From: Eledone cirrhosa
Lineage: Eukaryota
Direction of reading: 5' to 3'
Assembly (NCBI GenBank): GCA_964016885.1
Contig: OZ024743.1
Coordinates: forward strand, 54,684,001 to 54,748,000
Length of the DNA stretch: 64,000 nt
Position numbers and translations under genes: made by a program. This document shows positions 1 to 13,898 of the stretch, in pieces (the first letter of the stretch is position 1; each line of letters begins with the position of its first letter). A model generated the notes under the pieces. The model was not told the origin of the DNA. It was given only the letters and a program-made list of their open reading frames with translations, and did not search any database.

Positions 1-401
1 TTTATGGATGTATGTATACGTAATATATACATTTGCATTATACGCCTGTCAGTGTATGCAAAATGTCGGTATATATCGGTGATAATTCTGTTTCTATGAA
101 AACCAGACGGAAGAGCTGTATGAGAGTTTAAGATTAATAGATCTAAATTTGGGTATTACATCTGTCTATATGGAAACATATGCACATTAAAATTTATGAG
201 TGTACAAATATTTGCATAATTACACACACGCATACACATAAATACGCACATACACACATGCATGCATACATGCATGTACCTGACGTATGTTTGTGCGTAT
301 GTGAGTATTTATGTATGTATACATTCATTGTGATATGAATACAAATCCATATATATATATAGATAAATTCATACATATATATACATACACATTTATATAA
401 A

Positions 402-454
<53 letters not shown>

Positions 455-485
455 TATATATACATACATTCATATATATATATAT

Positions 486-531
<46 letters not shown>

Positions 532-564
532 AAACATATATATACACATATAATATATAAATAC

Positions 565-639
<75 letters not shown>

Positions 640-1317
640 AATGTCGCTGTCAAGCTTTCAATATCCAAAAGTATATTTTGCTGCCGTATATTATATTGAG
701 TACAATATTATGTTTGACTTGGGCGAATTTGAATGAGAATATTTCCTACGGCTGCTAGTAGTGTGATATTAAGGAATGATTCATTGAGAAGTCCTGCACC
801 AGCATCAAGCTGTCAAGTTCTCACATTTACATTCAACAACTGAAACCCATAAATCAACAACTTCATCACCATCGTACATTACTTGGTCAATCGGAAAGAT
901 ATTATTCATCTGCTAACATAACTCAAACAACTTTCCTTGTTTCTCTTACATTCTATATAAACCCCCTCCACATGTTTTAGAGATGGCGGCTAGCTCACAT
1001 CGTCTATTTCGCTGGCTTAATATTTCCATTATTTGTCTGTAAACTTGCAGTCCTGTATGGAGTTGAAGATATATGTATAATAGTGTAGAAAAGAAATATG
1101 GACGATATCAGATTGTAATTTGGTTCAAAATCAGACGGTAAATCTAAAGAATAGAACGAAAAGTAACGGATCGTAAGGTGAATAATTCATACGCATTAAA
1201 ACTGGGTTTATTTCACTTAATAATCCTTCACAGAGACATATAGCTTTTCTATTTATATGGTTATATAGGTGTGGGTTTTTGGAAATGTAGCGTAAGTGAT
1301 ATACACGTGGATATGTT

Positions 1318-1612
1318 GGACTTTCGTCGCTGCCAATGACGCATGTTCCATTTGTTTGAACTCGGGAATAGTCGACTTGTGAAATTAACGTGCAATTGAC
1401 TATGAATTCAACAGACACGCATAACTTTCATGAAATTCTCAGGGAGATACAACAAACAGATTGTGTGACAAAAATGGAACTTTCAATAGCATGTACAACT
1501 CATTTTCGCCTGTCGAGAGGCTTGGAGCTACGTGAAATATAGTTTCTAACGCAAGGACACAACGTGCAGCTGGGAATTGAACTCACGATATTACGATTGT
1601 GAATCATACACT
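1318..1612 (-). mobile_element. tRNA-derived SINE family A, degraded copy
   Basis: Shares body 'gtgaaattaacgtgcaa..cacagacacg..ttctcagggagat..gtgtgacaa' with copies at 3.4, 4.1, 8.8, 22.3 and 63.4 kb; reverse B-box-like 'gggaattgaactcacga' near 1572-1590. Confidence 0.7.
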
Positions 1613-2165
1613 TAATTATTTTATCAAAACTTATACTTACTCATTGTATACGATAATATAGGTGTAGGTCTCTTTATGTGTAAAAGATATGTGCGCGCGC
1701 GCGAGAGTGTGGTGAACCCCAATTGTTTCCATCGATGAATATTCCAGTTGCTGAAAGTGATTTACATTCCACAATGTAACATTTCATATTGGAGTAAATA
1801 TAAGACAAATAAAATAACATGGTACATTTCCTTTCTTTTAAAAAGGGGGCGTTAACGACGAAATATCATTAAATATGAGGTGAAATTGTAAACTATTGCT
1901 TTGTCTTTCTTCCTTTTCTCTGGTTTTACCTTTTGCATTTCTCAGTTGCACTGTAACGGATCCCCAAAGGAATCATAACCACATATATCACAATGCTTCA
2001 CAAAACACACACACACATATATATACATATATATATCTTTGAGTTGAGCATTGAATAAATAAATGACAAAAGAGTAAGTGTTATAGGAGTGACAATTTAT
2101 CGATGAACACTATTTACAAACATAAGATAAATTGTATGAATGTATATTATTACACACACACACAT

Positions 2166-2241
<76 letters not shown>

Positions 2242-2285
2242 TATATATATGTGTGTGTATATATATATATATGTGTGTGTGTGTG

Positions 2286-2316
<31 letters not shown>

Positions 2317-2375
2317 ATATATATATGTGTGTGTGTGTGTGTCTGTATATATATTTGTGTGTGTGTGTATGTATA

Positions 2376-2418
<43 letters not shown>

Positions 2419-2571
2419 TATAAGCAAATCATTGCTTTTCTATATACATGTATATATGTGTTTTTCTTTATGTAATAATGCATACATACACAGGCACCAC
2501 ACGCATGCACGAACGCAGACACATGCATACAAGCCTGTGTGTTTATATATAAATGCATATATATATATATT

Positions 2572-2662
<91 letters not shown>

Positions 2663-2750
2663 TGAGAATGAGAGGGGGAACAGAAAAGGACAAAGAGAAA
2701 TAACGAGGGAGATTAGATAGATAGATAGATAGACAAACATACAAACTCAT

Positions 2751-2781
<31 letters not shown>

Positions 2782-3291
2782 AACACACAAACTCACACAC
2801 ACACACATACATACATACACACACACACATACACGTTTGCATACAGTGTTATAAGCCTCTATTAAATACTATCAAGAGGTTTTCTCATTGCTGAAACTAA
2901 ACGCATGCATAATTTAGTAGACATATATTCTGAACTAATGAAAATTTAGAGCGCTCGTAAATTATAATTTACACGTAGAATTCACCGTCAACGAACTCGG
3001 AAAGCATCGAGTAAAATACTTTAACAGATCAGATTTCCACGTCAAATAAATCGGCACAAATGCTCGGCAGTAAATCGTCAGAACGCCATTGCAATTCAAA
3101 TATCTCTGAGGCAGACGTTCAGATGAGGGAGGCCCCCTACATCATTAAATTATACATTATATGTGCGGCTGTCTGTGTATGTGTAACTGTGAATATAAAT
3201 GTGTGTACCTGTGACTTATGTGGCTTCTATGCGTGTGACTTCCAGGAGTATTGTGTGCGTGAGTGTTTGAGCTTATTTGTGTTTGGGTTTG

Positions 3292-3377
<86 letters not shown>

Positions 3378-3560
3378 GGACCTCCGTCCGTTCACACGAT
3401 GAGTATGTTTTAGTTGTTCGCCCCGATGGACGGGACAGCCTGCTCGTGACATAAACATGGCTGAGCCCTAGACACCCGGCAATCAAAACGTATTTCTCAG
3501 GGAAATTCAGCATCACAGAGTGTGTGACAAAGTTGGACCTTTATATTACAAGTACAATTT
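3378..3560 (-). mobile_element. SINE family A fragment
   Basis: 'ggacctccgtc..cagcctgctcgtga..ttctcagggaaattcagc..gtgtgacaa' matches the other family A copies. Confidence 0.65.
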
Positions 3561-4059
3561 TCGGCCATAAGTCGATAGACCGCTATTGCGATTCCTATAT
3601 CTCCGAGGTAGACGTTCTTATGTGGAAGGCCACCCTCTGTGTTGAATTGCACGCTATATGTGTGGATGTGTGTGTATATGCGTATGTGTATATGTGTCTG
3701 TGTGGTTGTGTGCGGGCATGTTTGTGTATGTTTATGTGCGTGTGGGTGTGTGTGTGAGATTGTGTGTGTGTATGTTCGTGTGTGTGTTTGTGTGTGAATG
3801 CGTGTCTGTGTGTGTGTGTGGTTGTGTGCGTGCATGTATGTCTTCGATTATGTGTGTGAATATGTGTGTGATTGTGTGTATGTCTGTGTTCTTGTGTGTG
3901 TGTATGTCTGTAATTTTACGTGTGTATGAGTGTTGGACATCCATCAGTTCTGATCACTGGCGGCCATATTTTTACGGGTGTATAGCTGTAGGTATTTTGA
4001 AATGTAATGAAAGCTATGTCTGTGTAAGTATGTTTTATATCCATCAGTTTCTTCAATGT

Positions 4060-4270
4060 CCTCCAGTCGTTCAACACAACGGACGGCTCAACTTTATCGT
4101 AAAATTAACGTGCAATGTCTGCGTATTAACATTCCATAGACATTTGTACCCTTAACGCAGTTCTCAGGGAGATTCAGTGTGACACGATATGTGATAAGGC
4201 TAGACAATTGAATTACAGGTAAAACTCTCTTTTTTGCAGCTGAATGACCTGGCGTAACGCAATTTCATTG
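4060..4270 (-). mobile_element. SINE family A fragment
   Basis: 'aaattaacgtgcaa..gtacccttaacgcagttctcagggagattcagtgtgacac..gaattacagg'. Confidence 0.65.
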
Positions 4271-4313
4271 ATTATCGATAATAACGCATCCATTCAAAAC
4301 AACAGCTAACATC

Positions 4314-4393
<80 letters not shown>

Positions 4394-4709
4394 GAAAGTT
4401 TTTCTCGTATTTAATAATAATCGCAAGCTGGAATGGCTCGTCCAGTTCATGTCTATCACTATCCTCCGGGAAAATGCCTTCTCTATTCTGTCCGCCGGGG
4501 CCGCGGGGACTCCAATTCATAATAGTGAGTGAGGGGTGAGGGAGAGAGCGGAAGAGACTGAGGCAGTGACAGTGGGAGTTTGGGTCCTTTGTGCTCGGAG
4601 TTTGTGTGTATGTATATATTTATTTACAGCACCACATTTTGTATATGGACATTTAACTGGTTAGATTTTAATATATTGCAATACTGGAAAAATTTTACAA
4701 AATAATGTG

Positions 4710-4810
4710 CTTGGCGTAAGGACGTAACGCGCCGCCCAGCGTTGGATTCGAGCTCCTGACCTTACGATCGTAAGTCAAAGCCCTTAACCATTAACTAAGC
4801 CACGTGCCAT
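4710..4810 (-). mobile_element. SINE tRNA-like head fragment
   Basis: Reverse complement reads 'ggcacgtggcttagtt..ggttaaggg..gagctcgaatcc', with A/B-box-like pol III motifs. Confidence 0.55.
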
Positions 4811-5163
4811 CATAAGTGCTTGGCCATAAATCGAGATTGCCATTGCCATTTAAATATCTGGAGAGAAGACATTTGCGTTAGGGAAAGGGTCCTCATTAAA
4901 TTACACATTATGTAGCCGTAATAGAGGCTACTATTGCTGCTGCTACCAGTTTTCTGTTACAAAACCATAAAAAACACCAAATACTACATATTAAACATGG
5001 GCGACATATTGGTTCCACTGCTTCATCCCTTGGGTGCAGTTTGTGGCATTTATTATGACTTGTAATCACTTGCCACAATGCTACTTAGCGAGCAGATAGG
5101 AATGCTGTTTGCTAAAGCCAATACACACATACACACATTCATGCATACAAGAATATGTGCGTG

Positions 5164-5265
<102 letters not shown>

Positions 5266-5385
5266 CGTGCGTGAGTTTGAGTGTGTGTGTACGCATATTT
5301 ATACAGTTTTACAACTGCAAGCTAATCTCATTGAGTGAGTGGGTCATGGCCGGAAATCGCCGAAATAAATTCGGTGACTTTCGTA

Positions 5386-5431
<46 letters not shown>

Positions 5432-5470
5432 TCAAAATTTTAATAAATATAGACATTCATCTAATCAAAT

Positions 5471-5538
5471 ATATTTTATTATATATATTTCGGAGGTACT
5501 GTGCTGTTTCCTCAGTACGTCCTCATCAGATAAAATAT
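5471..5538 (-). ncRNA. Type I hammerhead ribozyme motif with minimal palindromic helix III
   Basis: Minus strand: atattttat-CTGATGA-ggacgtactg..cagtacctcc-GAAA-tatataTA^-ataaaatat. 9-bp helix I, 10-position helix II with one mismatch; sits in a short element between (TA)n runs. Confidence 0.8.
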
Positions 5539-5655
5539 ATAAATTGATGTATGACATACCTCAACTGTGCTGATGGTTCAATTCCAGTCTTGGCAGTATT
5601 TAATATTAATAACTCCAGAAAACTTTAATCAATGAACCTTGTTTAACACTTTTGG

Positions 5656-5707
<52 letters not shown>

Positions 5708-5710
<3 letters not shown>

Positions 5711-5980
5711 ATTTACGTGGTTTTGTCTTTGCGTGCAATTGTTCTCCCCGCTCCACATATGACGTATTATCTTCGCGTTTTTCCCTTCATTGCCAGAGAA
5801 CGTCTCTATGAACCACCTAATAGAATATTAGTCTACGACTTCTTTTATACCATAAACGTGGTTCTGTCTTTGCGTGTAATTGTTTTTCACCGCTCCAAAT
5901 AATGACGTATTATATTCCTTTTTTCCCGTTCTTTACCAGGGAACGTTTCCACGAACCAAAGTATCGTCTTCCTGACTTCC
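5708..5980. repeat. Imperfect ~141-bp tandem duplication
   Basis: 'accat..acgtggtt..gtctttgcgtg.aattgtt..ccgctcca..atgacgtattat' occurs at ~5708 and again at ~5849. Confidence 0.8.
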
Positions 5981-6070
5981 TCCGGTTGCAACGTTTTTTT
6001 AAATATTCACTTCTGCGTTCACAGATTGACTTTGTTAGTTTCAGAAGATCCCGTTAAGGGTGAAAGCATA

Positions 6071-6108
<38 letters not shown>

Positions 6109-6281
6109 TATATATATATATAAATGTATGTATATATGCACGTATGCGTGTATGTGTGTGTGTGTGTTTGTGTGTGTGTATGTGTGTGTGTGTGTGTGTG
6201 TATGTTTGTGTGTGTGTGTGTGTGTGTGTGTAACGGTTGACCTAAGAAGCATTTATCTCCGGCGAAATGTAATTTTGTTTA

Positions 6282-6480
6282 TACATTAAACATTATACAT
6301 GACAAAACAGTACATTACTAAATCCCATATGTTATAAAATACATAGGATGGGTTAGGTTCTCAATATGAAAACTAAACGACTAATTTTCGTTTTTAAACA
6401 TACAAGGAGACAACCTAGAAAAATTACCGATTTTCCACCCCACCCTCCGCTTATTCCACCCCCTCTTACTCCGAGAGTAC
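6282..6480. repeat. Dispersed repeat, inverted copy at ~14285-14470 (probable DNA transposon remnant)
   Basis: 'ggagacaacctagaa..ccgcttattcca' is the reverse complement of 'gaaataagcgg..ttctaggttgtctcc' at 14.3 kb. Confidence 0.65.
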
Positions 6481-6577
6481 TTCTCTAATTACCGCAACCA
6501 CAGCAATCTCTCTATCTCCCTTCCTCTCATTACAATACACGCACATTCACTTCCCCACCCTCTCTTTCTTTAACACA

Positions 6578-6618
<41 letters not shown>

Positions 6619-6742
6619 TCTCTCTCTCTTCTCTCTCTCTCTCTCTCTCTTCCTCTCTCTCTCTCTTCTTCCATATCAATATCATGTATCCCATAATGTT
6701 GATATCATTTCCATTATTAGCATCATTGTTAAAATAGTTGCT

Positions 6743-6980
6743 TTAACCCCTATGAAACCAAATAAATCCTGGTACAAAGACACCGTTCCTCGTTCTGTTA
6801 TATGAAATTGTTTGCTTTAATGTGTTTATAACTAATTTGTGAACTTCCATCACATTTTCTGTAAGAAAATGTTAAGTTATACTCCATATATGAAGTGTTT
6901 TATGTTGACCAATATCTTGAACATCCATTGAAACGCTTCGTCATTACATTTCATTAGAAATGTAGTAAGGAAAGGGTTGA
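6743..6980. mobile_element. piggyBac-type MITE (TTAA-CCC...GGG-TTAA-like ends)
   Basis: Begins 'ttaacccctatg', ends 'gaaagggttga'; similarly sized element at 15901-16139. Confidence 0.5.
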
Positions 6981-7575
6981 ACCACCAGCCATGATGTTAT
7001 TAAGATGTCAGATGACAACCTGAACAACATCACTCGACATCCGGGACAAATTACGCATGTTATATCTCATATCTCTTTCGATAGTCAACCATCTTCATTA
7101 ACAACACTGATATCAATATCAACAGCGCCTCTTGATGTTATCGTCACCATCATCACATTTAAGTACTCAACATCACCACCATCGCATCACTTAACGTTGC
7201 CATTGGAACGGTATCGTATAAAGCTATGTTGTTGCAAGTAAAGAAGAGACCAAAGAAGAACGGTTATACTGTTGTAGATTAAATTCATCCGGGACTAATT
7301 TTGATTTCATTGCTGAAGAGGCAATATTATTTTTAATTTTAAATCGAGCAGACTATCAGATGTCCGTAGACATTGTTGGTCACAATACGCTTCCACTTCT
7401 CTTTTGATTTCAGCCTTCTCTTCGATATTCGATATTCTGCTATCACTGCGTGCTCTCTGCTCAGTTCTCGTATTACCTCGTTTCGTATATAATAATCTCG
7501 AAGATGACGTACGTATGTTTAGAAATATAAAACATTTGATCCAGAAACCGTCTATACCCCTTCTTACACCTCTTC

Positions 7576-7577
<2 letters not shown>

Positions 7578-7615
<38 letters not shown>

Positions 7616-7620
7616 CAACC

Positions 7621-7667
<47 letters not shown>

Positions 7668-7686
7668 ATTCTTCATCATCATCATC
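7578..7686. repeat. (CAT)n microsatellite
   Basis: Direct reading; source of the poly-His and poly-Met ORFs. Confidence 0.95.
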
Positions 7687-8665
7687 AACTATCTTTTTAA
7701 GTGTGATCAGATCAAAAAGAGTCAAAGACTAGTTTTGCGCAGCTTGCCAAACTGTTAGTTAAATTTTAATTCTTTTATTTGAGAAAATGGGGCGCATAAG
7801 TTGGAGAAGGGGGGGGGGCACATTATGTAGCTAGCCTAGAGCGCTAAATATCCAAGCGATGGCTTCACTTTTAGTGGAATAAATAAATACATAAATATAC
7901 AAATATAAAAATTATAAAAATAATAAAATGGACGTTATTGTCAATCTTCCTTTGTTCCATTACCGTCTAAATGTAAAGTAGCCAGTTGCCAAGGTAATGT
8001 GACTCTCATTCATGGTTCCTTCCATATGATAGTCACATAGTCATGTCATTCTACTGACATACACTCAACATGTATGGGACGAAAACTGATTATACAGAAC
8101 GACTTGTTAATTCGCTTTTCTTTTTTTATTTCTTAATCTTTGTTACCGACAATATCTTGTCACTTGCAATACGGTGATGAATAATAATTATTTTGTCATC
8201 TTATTGTTGTCATCTACAGCCGCTAAAATAAATTGGTTGAACGACAATTATACAATTATAGTGTAAGTGATCGAGTCATTCTTGTTGTTTGTTTGTACTA
8301 CACCACTTATATACATAGTTTGGAAAATATAGCTAGTGCCTCTGGTGATAATACTATGACGTATATAGGTTTTTAACAACTCATGACACCTGTTATAAAT
8401 GTTGCCATAGATACTAATTAGCTATTGTGACTGACATCTTATGACAGATATCATAGCACAAACCAGAGGTACTCTTTGGTACAACTCGTGACAGCCGTCA
8501 TAGTCACAGTGTTGTCATATATATATATATATTATAAATAACTAGTGCCCAACGGCTGAGCTCAACCCCTTTCAACGTACCTGAGTACTTAGCTGAATAT
8601 AATCATACTAATCTAACCCTAATAACTCCCAACTTCCTCCTTCTCTCTCTATTCCCCCCCCCCCC

Positions 8666-8738
<73 letters not shown>

Positions 8739-9664
8739 TGTAAGTGTAAGTGTATGTGTATGCGTGTGCAATTTATAAATGACACATTTTCAATTTGTAT
8801 AGGGGTAAAAAGGGACAATATTTCGAATGCATATATGGGACCTCCGTCGGTTCCGACGACAAGGGTTCATCGGAACTGTCTATGCGTGAAGTTAACGTTC
8901 AAGTGGCTGATCATTCTTTAAACACCTATACCATTAACCTACAGTCGGGTCCCAAATAATTGAGGGCTGGGTGTCTGGAAGTTGAGTAAGTGGATGGTCG
9001 AGGAGGGGGGGGGGGTAATACGCGGCAGGGATTGGAATAACTTCATTGTAATTAGTGATTGGTTATTTCATCAAAGCTCTTTCGTCACATATTGTGTGAC
9101 CTCCTGAATGACTATTTGTTCTCTGTGTCGCCTCTTCTTTCTGCTCTTATTCAGTTTACTTCACCTGAGAAAGATAAGATGTAGTAAACATAATAATAAT
9201 TAAATAAAAGTAATACCAGTTAAAATATGACCCCTTATTTGCATGTTATAACAGTATAGCATGTGCAGAAACAAGTCTGCATGTCAAAATTAAAGTATTA
9301 AAACCCATATTTTAAATTGTGATCCGCTTTGCCGATTTTAAATTCTTGGGTCGACTTTGTCTTTCATTCTTCTGAGAGTTCGATAATCTATATATCTTCA
9401 TTTTCTTTATCATACGTCTAAGTGAATATTTGAACCTACTAAAATGTCAACAAAAGTAAAATCGTTTTTCGGTTAGGGCCAAATTCCTTGTTTTGTTCTA
9501 GGACCCACTGCCGATTTTCTCAAAGGCATATTCGTTGAGCTGTAGCAAGGATTTCCTTATTTTAGGCATTACTTGATATTAGGTACTATTGGCTTTTTTG
9601 TATTTCTGTTGAATCTGTCTGATTTTTTGTTTGTTTTTTTCTCTGGAGGCTCGTAGCTTAGTAG

Positions 9665-9995
9665 CTAGGGCTCGGGGTGGTGCGTTGCATCCCTGAGCAG
9701 GACACTTATTTCACTTGCTTCAGTCCATTCAGCTATGAAACATCTGAGTTGTGACGGCACTGGTGTCAAGCTGTATCCTGCCGTTGATTTTCTTTGGACA
9801 ACATCATATACAGAGTAGTATATAGTATTTATATATGGTCTTTCCCTTGGAAAAAATTGATGGCAGGGAGAGGGGAGATAAACGTGCATGGATGCCTCTT
9901 GCTCTACCACAAATACACCGTACTCAGGCTTGTACCCAGATAGGTAAACATATCTTCAGTCAGACATGGGTACAGTCATATGGCCAGTCATGACC
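9665..9995 (+). mobile_element. SINE family B, degraded
   Basis: 'ggtgcgttg..gagcaggacacttatttcacttgcttcagtccattcagct..gagttgtgacggcactggtgtcaagctgta' matches 30808-31140. Confidence 0.6.
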
Positions 9996-10247
9996 CTTTG
10001 ATTTTTTCGTTTTTGTGTCGTAAGGTTGCTGCTGTTGATTTCATTAAAGATTGAAACAGCTTTTAGTTTACGTTGATTTGTCACAGCTTCAGTCTATCGC
10101 TTTTTGTTGGTTTACTATGTTTACGTTACTGTTTGGCTCTTGCTGGAGTTTTGAACTTCATATATGAGATTTGGTTTACAGAATATTTAACTTCTACTGC
10201 GTAAGTCTCCCCGCTGCATAACCATAAACCTAACAGCAAGGGGGGAA

Positions 10248-10249
<2 letters not shown>

Positions 10250-10318
<69 letters not shown>

Positions 10319-10393
10319 ATTGTAGTAAGAAGAAGAAGAAGAAGAGAAACAACAACAACAACAACAACACCATCAACATCAACAAAAACAACA

Positions 10394-10455
<62 letters not shown>
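10250..10455. repeat. Palindromic compound microsatellite (GTA)n(GTT)n...(AAC)n(TAC)n
   Basis: Left and right trinucleotide blocks are mutual reverse complements around a (GAA)n spacer. Confidence 0.85.
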
Positions 10456-10858
10456 ATCAACAACTGATGATATTAAACAAATTTACTGATGCGGCAATAA
10501 TTTCTTACTGACACGAAAAACTGAAAATTCCCTAACAAAAGAAATAAATGGAGTTCTAAGATATTTGAAATAAAAGTCTAAGACTGATTTCTACAGAACC
10601 ATTATCGGAGCTAATCCTTCGTCTTGGCTCCTGCTTCACCTCGATTCTTGAAACGATTTGGAAATACTACGACTTTTTAAATCCCATTTGAACACGTACA
10701 TTGTATGGCTGAGTTAGTGACACTGATACGGAGAGATTTAAATTTTAAAATCAGATTTAATTTTAAAAAAAAAAGCAAGTACACGCACATACACACATTT
10801 GTATATACTAACACATGCACACACGCATATATTTATATGCAGGCAAAATACATTCTTT

Positions 10859-10931
<73 letters not shown>

Positions 10932-11217
10932 ACATATATATGTGTATGTGTGTGTGCTTGCCTGCATGTGTAAAAGGGCATCGGTGAAGGTCTGTATTGG
11001 AGAGGGATGAAAAGCACATTGTTAAGTGTGTTGAATTATGTATTTTCTCTCATGCGAAGGAGATGTGAATGAAATGCATGTTATTGTTTTGACATGCATA
11101 AATTTTATTCAACTTTTGACTTTTCACAATGGCATGTTTGGAAATAGGAATTGAAAGAAAGCAAAGTAAAATACACGGAAGTAAATATATATATATATAT
11201 ATGTGTGTGTGTATATA

Positions 11218-11317
<100 letters not shown>

Positions 11318-11516
11318 TATGTATGCATGTATATATCACATTATATTATATTATATTATATTATATTATATTATAAACCAGGATTAAAAGAAATATTAAA
11401 TTTAAATTCCGAATTGAAATATTGAAATTCTTTCTGAAATTATTCGAAGACTTTGTGTTTGTTCTGGACAACATGTAAAATGTAAACGTTGGGCATAACT
11501 TAAATATCTACATATA

Positions 11517-11570
<54 letters not shown>

Positions 11571-11633
11571 ATATAGAGAGAGAGATGGATAGATAGATAG
11601 AGAGATAGATAGATAGATAGATAGATAGATATA

Positions 11634-12690
11634 TTTCTTTATTAGCCACCGGGGCACAACAGAAGGGGACAAATACAAAGGGAGAAGTTTACATACAATA
11701 AAAACGTGTAAAATATTATCACAAATACAATTTAAAAGTTAATCGATTTTCTCCAATAGGGGGAGACATTACATATGGGTAACACATACCCGCAAAAAAA
11801 TGTGCAACCCTCATCTCCAGGAGTACGAAGAGTGAGTACCCCTTTCCTCTATTCCTCTTTTTCCTCAACCTACTGGCTGATATAGAGAGAAGGCCCATTC
11901 TCGCCACTTTCACCCACCTTTCATAAAACTTTCTGGGGTACAGCACCTCTCTCTCCATCATGATTCTTCTTCCAAAGTGGTATTTGAAAAAAAGAATCAG
12001 TTGTTGGCCGGAGAGAATGGTGTCTGACCTCAGCCCTTTCACCCTTGTCCACCATACAACCTCTTTCGCCATAGCTATTACACAAAGGAAAACCGCCTCT
12101 CCTTCGTTTACGAAGGAGAGTGGCGGTTTCATTATGACAATGGACTCGGTGGTCAACCGGATTGGTCCCACCCGCGACAATAGTCGTTCTACATAGCCCG
12201 GGCAGTGTATGAATGCGTGCGCGGCGGTTTCTTCGTCTCGCACGCACCTCGGACAGATCTTTTTCGAAGGATCCCTGCCCAGGCGCCCATGTCTGTAGAG
12301 CTTGTCTTGAACTGGTAGAGCTCCTCGGTAGCACTGCCAGGCCAGGGACCTTTGGAAGTTGTTCATCGGTCCCGGGCGGAAGGTCCTACCGAACAGGTTG
12401 GCCAGTTCGTCTTCCTCTACGCCCTGAGCTTCACCGAGTGCGTCGTCGCACTAGCTGCGGATCAACCCTCTATAGAATGACGAAGTAGAGTCTCCACTGA
12501 TCGCCGGGTCCGCCTGCCAGAGGGCTGTGAGCGCCTGAGCACATTCGATTTGCTAGTCGCCCATTTTCCTCGGTCTTTGCTTGACCCAGGACTGCAGCTC
12601 GGTCAGCGAGATGAGTCGTGAAAAGGCTCGCCTCACGAACGGGGCCCACGCCGGTTGTTCGGTGAGGAATATGTAGAGATGCCGCTGCCT
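11634..12690 (-). mobile_element. 5'-truncated Tx1/L1-clade LINE (ORF2 C-terminus with zf-RVT-type CCHC, plus 3' UTR)
   Basis: ORF 11719-12366 has 'ICPRC..ETAAHAFIHC' and is homologous to 49801-50522; ends 'aataaagaaa'; (GATA)n on both flanks. Confidence 0.85.
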
Positions 12691-12739
12691 AGATAGATAG
12701 GTAGATAGATATATATGTGTGTGTGTGTGAATTTAGGTC

Positions 12740-13290
12740 AGTACTACAAAGGAGCCGCAGTTTTCCATTTTCCAACAGATGCGCCCAGTCTGGTTGTCCT
12801 CATGCATCAGCTCCAGGATCAAGCAGTGCACATAAAAGAGCGTCGTGTTGCTGACAATGCTTTACGCAAGCGAAACCTAGAAGAGCACAGCAAAGATAGA
12901 GAGACAGCTGAACGCATTCCACCAGCGGTGCCTGTGAAGGATCCTTCGTGAGCCCTGGTGCGACTTAGTGTGAAACGAGGAAATCCTGCGATGTGCGGAG
13001 TCGTAGACGCTGCAGAGGGTGGTCACGAAACACAGGTGTCACCTGACTGGCCATATACTGCGCCTGACCAACGAACGACACTCGAAAACAGCGATGAACT
13101 GGACTCCACCTGGCAGCAAACGGAAGCAGGGTTGCCCTAGGATCACCTGGCGACAAACCTTCCCAAAAGACCTGATGGAAGCCAACATCACTTGGTACGA
13201 GCGCGAAAAAGCCGCCTCTGATCGTGACCGTTGGTAACTACTTACTGCTCGATACGCCGAAAAGCGCAAAAGAACCTAAGACTAAAACTA
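12740..13290 (+). mobile_element. RTE-clade LINE 3' fragment
   Basis: 'GHILRLTNERHSKTAMNWTPPGSKRKQGCPRITW..AASDRDRW' is a typical RTE C-terminus; short repeat tail 'ctaagactaaaacta'. Confidence 0.8.
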
Positions 13291-13463
13291 CAACGACATC
13301 ATACCAGGTACGTACGTTTCGTTGATCGTTGACGAGCAGCTTTTTAACCTGTGCCGATAAAAAAGAACAGGGTTCTTAAATATTTATATTCAAACTCGCC
13401 CTTCGGACTTGAGTTTCTCTACACCTTGGATTTTTAAAAACTGTTACTCATATGTGTATATAT

Positions 13464-13684
13464 GAGAGAGGTGCTGTACCCCAGAAAGTTTTATGAAAGG
13501 TGGGTGAAAGTGGCGAGAATGGCCCGAGTGAATGGGCCTTCTCTCTATATCAGCCTGTAGGTTGAGGAAAAAGAGGAATAGAGGAAAGGAGTACTCACTC
13601 TTCGTACTCCTGGAGATGAGGGCTGCACATTTTTTCTCGGGTATGTGTTACCCATATGTAATGTCTCCCCCTATTGGAGAAAAA
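13464..13684 (+). mobile_element. Short Tx1 3' fragment, inverted near-copy of 11748-11955
   Basis: Near-identical reverse complement; retains 'ggcccgagtgaat', which is deleted in the 11.9 kb copy. Confidence 0.85.
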
Positions 13685-13708
13685 CCACAGACCCTCCATC
13701 TCAACTCA

Positions 13709-13746
13709 CCTTTTGAAAAGCAGAAGAACTGCGAAACCGGTAAAGG
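13709..13746 (+). ncRNA. Minimal type I hammerhead with U3:A8 core variant
   Basis: cctt-TTGAAAA-gcag aagaa ctgc-GAAA-ccggTA^-aagg. Helices I and II pair perfectly, helix III is palindromic; decayed homolog at 54015-54050. Confidence 0.7.
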
Positions 13747-13864
13747 AACCAAATAAATATATATATTTTTTTTAAAAATAAGACTCCAGTTGCATTTTCG
13801 ATTTCATCTCTTTTTCTTTATATATATATATATATATATATACAAAGAGAGAGAGAGAGAGAAT

Positions 13865-13898
<34 letters not shown>

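Noticed and set aside
840-1000. Possible mariner transposase trace ('LVNRKDII')
   Set aside because: Too short and degraded to support.
7330-7560. Coding-like minus-strand frame 'IRNEVIRE..KRRL..KWKRIV'
   Set aside because: Best explained as a very old RTE remnant; too weak to annotate.
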